Below are positions 56,488 through 64,000 of a stretch of DNA of 64,000 nucleotides, in pieces. The notes beneath the pieces are model-generated. The model ran no database searches. It saw only the letters and a list, made by a program, of their open reading frames with translations, and was not told where the DNA came from. The DNA is taken from assembly GCA_027923505.1 (NCBI GenBank), contig BROI01000034.1:124001-188000 (forward strand). The letters are read 5' to 3'. Positions within the stretch are counted from its first letter, which is position 1. Every line of letters begins with the position of its first letter. The DNA is from Mayamaea pseudoterrestris. Its lineage: Eukaryota. Made by a program: the position numbers and the translations under genes.

Positions 56488-59400
56488 TTGAGACTGGTGA
56501 CAAGTTGTCACCAAATACATTGCCATCCCCTGAGACACCAGCCAAGCCTACCATCTTGTAGCGCAGCCTGAATAATGATGTTGGCACCATTCTGGTGTAT
56601 TTTGGGCACCTACAGGGCTTGCTGTAGGGGCGTTTGAATGTCACGGCATCTGTGGGTTGAGACTGGTGACAAGTTGTCACCAAATACATTGCCATCCCCT
56701 GAGACACCAGCCAAGCCTACCATCTTGTAGCGCAGCCTGAATAATGATGTTGGCACCATTCTGGTGTATTCTGGGCACCTACAGGGCTTGCTGTAGGGGC
56801 GTTTGAATGTCACGGCATCTGCGGGATGAGACTGGTGACAAGTTGTCACTAAATACATTGCCATCCCCTGAGACACCAGCCAAGCCTACCATCTTGTAGT
56901 GTAGCCTGAATAATGATGTTGGCACCATTCTGGTGTATTTTGGGCACCTACAGGGCTTGCTGTAGGGGCATTTGAATGTCACGGCATCTGCGGGCTGAGA
57001 CTGGTGACAAGTTGTCACCATATGCATTGCCATCCCCTGAGACACCCGCCAAGCCTACCATCTTGTAGCGCAGCCTGAATAATGATGTTGGCACCATTCT
57101 GGTGTATTTTGGGCACCTACAGGGCTTGCTGTAGGGGCGTTTGAATGTCACGGCATCTGCGGGCTGAGACTGGTGACAAGTTGTCACCAAATACATTGCG
57201 ATCCCCTGAGACACCAGCCAAGCCTACCATCTTGTAGCTCAGCCTAAATAATGATGTTGGCACCATTCTGGTGTATTTTGGGCACCTACAGGGCTTGCTG
57301 TAGGGGCGTTTGAATGTCACGGCATCTGCGGGCTGAGACTGGTGACAAGTTGTCACCAAATACATTGCCATCCCCTGAGACACCAGCCAAGCCTACCATC
57401 TTGTCGCGCAGCCTGAATAATGATGTCGGCACCATTCTGGTGTATTTTGGGCACCTACAGGGCTTGCTGTAGGGGCGTTTGAATGTCACAGCAACTGCGG
57501 GATGAGACTGGTGACAAGTTGTCACCAAATACATTGCCATCCCCTGAGACACCAGCCAAGCCTACCATCTTGTAGCGCAGCCTGAATAATGATGTTGGCA
57601 CCATTCTGGTGTATTTTGGGCACCTACAGGGCTTGCTGTAGGGGCGTTTGAATGTCACGGCATCTGCAGGATGAGACTGGTGACAAGTTGTCACCAAATA
57701 CATTTCCATCCCCTGAGACACCAGCCAAGCCTACCATCTTGTAGCGCAGCCTGAATAATGATGTTGGCACCATTCTGGTGTATTTTGGGCACCTGCAGGG
57801 CTTGCTGTAGGGGCATTTGAATGTCACGGCGTCTGCGGGATGAGACTGGTGACAAGTTGTCACCAAATACATTGCCATCCCCTGAGACACCAGCCAAGCC
57901 TACCATCTTGTAGCGCAGCCTGAATAATGATGTTGGCACCATTCTGGTGTATTTTGGGCACCTACAGGGCTTGCTGTAGGGGCGTTTGAATGTCACAGCA
58001 ACTGCGGGCTGAGACTGGTGACAAGTTGTCACCAAATACATTGCCATCCCCTGAGACACCAGCCAAGCCTACCATCTTGTAGCGCAGCCTAAATAATGAT
58101 GTTGGCACCATTCTGGTGTATTTTGGGCACCTACAGGGCTTGCTGTAGGGGCATTTGAATGTCACGGCAACTGCGGGCTGAGACTGGTGACAAGTTGTCA
58201 CCAAATACATTGCCATCCCCTGAGACACCAGCCAAGCCTACCATCTTGTAGCGCAGCCTGAATAATGATGTTGGCACCATTCTGGTGTATTTTGGGCACC
58301 TACAGGGCTTGCTGTAGGGGCGTTTGAATGTCACGGCATCTGCGGGCTGAGACTGGTGACAAGTTGTCACCAAATACATTGCCATCCCCTGAGACACCAG
58401 CCAAGCCTACCATCTTGTAGCGCAGCCTAAATAATGATGTTGGCACCATTCTGGTGTATTTTGGGCACCTACAGGGCTTGCTGTAGGGGCATTTGAATGT
58501 CACGGCAACTGCGGGCTGAGACTGGTGACAAGTTGTCACCAAATACATTGCCATCCCCTGAGACACCAGCCAAGCCTACCTTCTTGTAGCGCAGCCTGAA
58601 TAATGATGTTGGCACCATTCTGGTGTATTTTGGGCACCTACAGGGCTTGCTGTAGGGGCGTTTGAATGTCACGGCATCTGCGGGCTGAGACTGGTGACAA
58701 GTTGTCACCAAATACATTGCGATCCCCTGAGACACCAGCCAAGCCTACCATCTTGTAGCGCAGCCTGAATAATGATGTTGGCACCATTCTGGTGTATTTT
58801 GGGCACCTACAGGGCTTGCTGTAGGGGCGTTTGAATGTCACGGCATCTGCAGGATGAGACTGGTGACAAGTTGTCCCCAAATACATTGCCATCCCCTGAG
58901 ACACAGCCAAGCCTACCATCTTGTAGCGCAGCCTGAATAATGATGTTGGCACCATTCTGGTGTATTTTGGGCACCTACAGGGCTTGCTGTAGGGGCGTTT
59001 GAATGTCACGGCATCTGTGGGCTGAGACTGGTGACAAGTTGTCACCAAATACATTGCCATCCCCTGAGACACCAGCCAAGCCTACCATCTTCTAGCGCAG
59101 CCTGAATTATGATGTTGGCACCATTCTGGTGTATTTTGGGCACCTACAGGGCTTGCTGTAGGGACGTTTGAATGTCACGGCATCTGCGGGCTGAGACTAG
59201 TGACAAGTTGTCACCAAATATGTTGCCATCCCCTGAGACACCAGCCAAGCCTACCATCTTGTAGCGCAGCCTGAATAATGATGTTGGCACCATTCTGGTG
59301 TATTTTGGGCACCTACAGGGCTTGCTGTAGGGGCGTTTGAATGTCACGGCAACTGCGGGCTGAGACTGGTGACAAGTTGTCACCAAATACATTGCCATCC

Positions 59401-62400
59401 CCTGAGACACCAGCCAAGCCTACCATCTTGTAGCGCAGCCTGATTAATGATGTTGGCACCATTCTGGTGTATTTTGGGCACCTACAGGGCTTGCTGTAGG
59501 GGCATTTGAATGTCACGGCATCTGCGGGATGAGACTGGTGACAAGTTGTCACCAAATACATTGCCATCCCCTGAGACACCAGCCAAGCCTACCTTCTTGT
59601 AGCGCAGCCTGAATAATGATGTTGGCACCATTCTGGTGTATTTTGGGCACCTACAGGGCTTGCTGTAGGGGCGTTTGAATGTCACGGCATCTGCGGGATG
59701 AGACTGGTGACAAGTTGTCACCAAATACATTGCCATCCCCTGAGACACCAGCCAAGCCTACCATCTTGTAGCGCAGCCTGAATAATGATGTTGGCACCAT
59801 TCTGGTGTATTTTGGGCACCTACAGGGCTTGCTGTGGTGGCGTTTGAATGTCACGGCATCTGCGGGATGAGACTGGTGACAAGTTGTCACCAAATACATT
59901 GCCATCCCCTGAGACACCAGCCAAGCCTACCATCTTGTAGCGCAGCCTGAATAATGATGTTGGCACCATTCTGGTGTATTTTGGGCACCTACAGGGCTTG
60001 CTGTAGGGGCGTTTGAATGTCACGGCATCTGCGGGCTGAGACTGGTGACAAGTTGTCACCAAATACATTGCCATCCCCTGAGACACCAGCCAAGCCTACC
60101 ATCTTGTAGCGCAGCCTGAATAATGATGTTGGCACCATTCTGGTGTATTTTGGGCACCTACAGGGCTTGCTGTAGGGCGTTTGAATGTTACGGCATCTGC
60201 GGGCTGAGACTGGTGACAAGTTGTCACCAAATACATTGCCATCCCCTGAGACACCAGCCAAGCCTACCATCTTGTAGCGCAGCCTGAATAATGATGTTGG
60301 CACCATTCTGGTGTATTTTGGGCACCTACAGGGCTTGCTGTAGGGGCATTTGAATGTCACGGCATCTGCGGGATGAGACTGGTGACAAGTTGTCACCAAA
60401 TACATTGCCATCCCCTGAGACACCAGCCAAGCCTACCATCTTGTAGCGCAGCCTAAATAATGATGTTGGCACCATTCTGGTGTATTTTGGGCACCTACAG
60501 GGCTTGCTGTAGGGGCGTTTGAATGTCACGGCATCTGCGGGATGAGACTGGTGACAAGTTGTCACCAAATACATTGCCATCCCCTGAGACACCAGCCAAG
60601 CCTACCATCTTGTAGCGCAGCCTGAATAATGATGTTGGCACCATTCTGGTGTATTTTGGGCACCTACAGGGCTTGCTGTAGGGGCGTTTGAATGTCACGG
60701 CATCTGCGGGCTGAGACTGGTGACAAGTTGTCACCAAATACATTGCCATCCCCTGAGACACCAGCCAAGCCTACCATCTTGTAGCGCAGCCTGAATAATG
60801 ATGTTGGCACCATTCTGGTGTATTTTGGGCACCTACAGGGCTTGCTGTAGGGGCGTTTGAATGTCACGGCATCTGCGGGCTGAGACTGGTGACAAGTTGT
60901 CACCAAATACATTGCCATCCCCTGAGACACCAGCCAAGCCTACCATCTTGTAGCGCAGCCTGAATAATGATGTTGGCACCATTCTGGTGTATTTTGGGCA
61001 CCTACAGGCCTTGCTGTAGGGGCGTTTGAATGTCACAGCATCTGCGGGATGAGACTGGTGACAAGTTGTCACCAAATACATTGCCCCCTGAGACACCAGT
61101 CCAAGCCTACCATCTTGTAGCGCAGCCTGAATAATGATGTTGGCACCATTCTTGAGACTGGTGACAAGTTGTCACCAAATACATTGCCATCCCCTGAGAC
61201 ACCAGCCAAGCCTACCATCTTGTAGCGCAGCCTGAATAATGATGTTGGCACCATTCTGGTGTATTTTGGGCACCTACAGGGCTTGCTGTAGGGGCGTTTG
61301 AATGTCACGGCATCTGTGGGTTGAGACTGGTGACAAGTTGTCACCAAATACATTGCCATCCCCTGAGACACCAGCCAAGCCTACCATCTTGTAGCGCAGC
61401 CTGAATAATGATGTTGGCACCATTCTGGTGTATTCTGGGCACCTACAGGGCTTGCTGTAGGGGCGTTTGAATGTCACGGCATCTGCGGGATGAGACTGGT
61501 GACAAGTTGTCACTAAATACATTGCCATCCCCTGAGACACCAGCCAAGCCTACCATCTTGTAGTGTAGCCTGAATAATGATGTTGGCACCATTCTGGTGT
61601 ATTTTGGGCACCTACAGGGCTTGCTGTAGGGGCATTTGAATGTCACGGCATCTGCGGGCTGAGACTGGTGACAAGTTGTCACCATATGCATTGCCATCCC
61701 CTGAGACACCCGCCAAGCCTACCATCTTGTAGCGCAGCCTGAATAATGATGTTGGCACCATTCTGGTGTATTTTGGGCACCTACAGGGCTTGCTGTAGGG
61801 GCGTTTGAATGTCACGGCATCTGCGGGCTGAGACTGGTGACAAGTTGTCACCAAATACATTGCGATCCCCTGAGACACCAGCCAAGCCTACCATCTTGTA
61901 GCTCAGCCTAAATAATGATGTTGGCACCATTCTGGTGTATTTTGGGCACCTACAGGGCTTGCTGTAGGGGCGTTTGAATGTCACGGCATCTGCGGGCTGA
62001 GACTGGTGACAAGTTGTCACCAAATACATTGCCATCCCCTGAGACACCAGCCAAGCCTACCATCTTGTCGCGCAGCCTGAATAATGATGTCGGCACCATT
62101 CTGGTGTATTTTGGGCACCTACAGGGCTTGCTGTAGGGGCGTTTGAATGTCACAGCAACTGCGGGATGAGACTGGTGACAAGTTGTCACCAAATACATTG
62201 CCATCCCCTGAGACACCAGCCAAGCCTACCATCTTGTAGCGCAGCCTGAATAATGATGTTGGCACCATTCTGGTGTATTTTGGGCACCTACAGGGCTTGC
62301 TGTAGGGGCGTTTGAATGTCACGGCATCTGCAGGATGAGACTGGTGACAAGTTGTCACCAAATACATTTCCATCCCCTGAGACACCAGCCAAGCCTACCA

Positions 62401-64000
62401 TCTTGTAGCGCAGCCTGAATAATGATGTTGGCACCATTCTGGTGTATTTTGGGCACCTGCAGGGCTTGCTGTAGGGGCATTTGAATGTCACGGCGTCTGC
62501 GGGATGAGACTGGTGACAAGTTGTCACCAAATACATTGCCATCCCCTGAGACACCAGCCAAGCCTACCATCTTGTAGCGCAGCCTGAATAATGATGTTGG
62601 CACCATTCTGGTGTATTTTGGGCACCTACAGGGCTTGCTGTAGGGGCGTTTGAATGTCACAGCAACTGCGGGCTGAGACTGGTGACAAGTTGTCACCAAA
62701 TACATTGCCATCCCCTGAGACACCAGCCAAGCCTACCATCTTGTAGCGCAGCCTAAATAATGATGTTGGCACCATTCTGGTGTATTTTGGGCACCTACAG
62801 GGCTTGCTGTAGGGGCATTTGAATGTCACGGCAACTGCGGGCTGAGACTGGTGACAAGTTGTCACCAAATACATTGCCATCCCCTGAGACACCAGCCAAG
62901 CCTACCATCTTGTAGCGCAGCCTGAATAATGATGTTGGCACCATTCTGGTGTATTTTGGGCACCTACAGGGCTTGCTGTAGGGGCGTTTGAATGTCACGG
63001 CATCTGCGGGCTGAGACTGGTGACAAGTTGTCACCAAATACATTGCCATCCCCTGAGACACCAGCCAAGCCTACCATCTTGTAGCGCAGCCTAAATAATG
63101 ATGTTGGCACCATTCTGGTGTATTTTGGGCACCTACAGGGCTTGCTGTAGGGGCATTTGAATGTCACGGCAACTGCGGGCTGAGACTGGTGACAAGTTGT
63201 CACCAAATACATTGCCATCCCCTGAGACACCAGCCAAGCCTACCTTCTTGTAGCGCAGCCTGAATAATGATGTTGGCACCATTCTGGTGTATTTTGGGCA
63301 CCTACAGGGCTTGCTGTAGGGGCGTTTGAATGTCACGGCATCTGCGGGCTGAGACTGGTGACAAGTTGTCACCAAATACATTGCGATCCCCTGAGACACC
63401 AGCCAAGCCTACCATCTTGTAGCGCAGCCTGAATAATGATGTTGGCACCATTCTGGTGTATTTTGGGCACCTACAGGGCTTGCTGTAGGGGCGTTTGAAT
63501 GTCACGGCATCTGCAGGATGAGACTGGTGACAAGTTGTCCCCAAATACATTGCCATCCCCTGAGACACAGCCAAGCCTACCATCTTGTAGCGCAGCCTGA
63601 ATAATGATGTTGGCACCATTCTGGTGTATTTTGGGCACCTACAGGGCTTGCTGTAGGGGCGTTTGAATGTCACGGCATCTGTGGGCTGAGACTGGTGACA
63701 AGTTGTCACCAAATACATTGCCATCCCCTGAGACACCAGCCAAGCCTACCATCTTCTAGCGCAGCCTGAATTATGATGTTGGCACCATTCTGGTGTATTT
63801 TGGGCACCTACAGGGCTTGCTGTAGGGACGTTTGAATGTCACGGCATCTGCGGGCTGAGACTAGTGACAAGTTGTCACCAAATATGTTGCCATCCCCTGA
63901 GACACCAGCCAAGCCTACCATCTTGTAGCGCAGCCTGAATAATGATGTTGGCACCATTCTGGTGTATTTTGGGCACCTACAGGGCTTGCTGTAGGGGCGT
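56488..64000. repeat. Homogeneous 169-bp tandem satellite, ~44 monomers, continuing past the window end
   Basis: Unit GAGACTGGTGACAAGTTGTCACCAAATACATTGCCATCCCCTGAGACACCAGCC...GAATGTCACGGCATCTGCGGGCT; the ORF track recurs every 169 bp. Confidence 0.97.

Noticed and set aside
56483..63736. Dozens of 88-aa ORFs as a tandem gene family
   Set aside because: They are by-products of the 169-bp (non-3n) period: they overlap one another, start at GTG, and show no recognisable domain or splice pattern.
56488..64000. CRISPR array or 5S rRNA/snRNA tandem array
   Set aside because: The sequence between palindromes is constant rather than spacer-like, and I see no resemblance to 5S, tRNA or snRNA.

Overview
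Gene-dense eukaryotic nuclear DNA, most likely from a diatom or related stramenopile alga. The evidence is short GT-AG introns, bipartite plastid-targeting presequences (signal peptide then F), CoDi-like Ty1/copia elements and HRDLSLEN-type kinases. It carries about 21 protein genes: a partial APC/C activator with C-box, DMAP1/SWC4, a methyltransferase, PSMB5, plastid RbfA, a plastid-targeted REC-LuxR response regulator, a Popeye/cNMP protein, RAD17, a flavin reductase-like protein, SNF2/BRM, BolA, ChlD, eIF5, a UBE2G-type E2, two paralogous kinases, QCR8, SOUL, a 2OG-Fe(II) oxygenase and several hypotheticals. It also carries one tRNA-Gly(TCC). Two repeat islands interrupt the genes. (1) At 13.7-31.7 kb, a ~45-bp minisatellite abuts a 16.4-kb composite of two copia families. 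The composite is bracketed by inverted copies of the same 395-bp LTR, has no 5' LTR and contains an apparently exact 2522-bp tandem duplication. (2) From 55.8 kb to the end is a 169-bp satellite with a 19-bp palindrome per monomer, a diverged edge and a 4664-bp higher-order duplication. Repeats show a CpG-deamination footprint. Some exact duplications may be assembly artefacts. All family calls come from motif recognition, not database searches.
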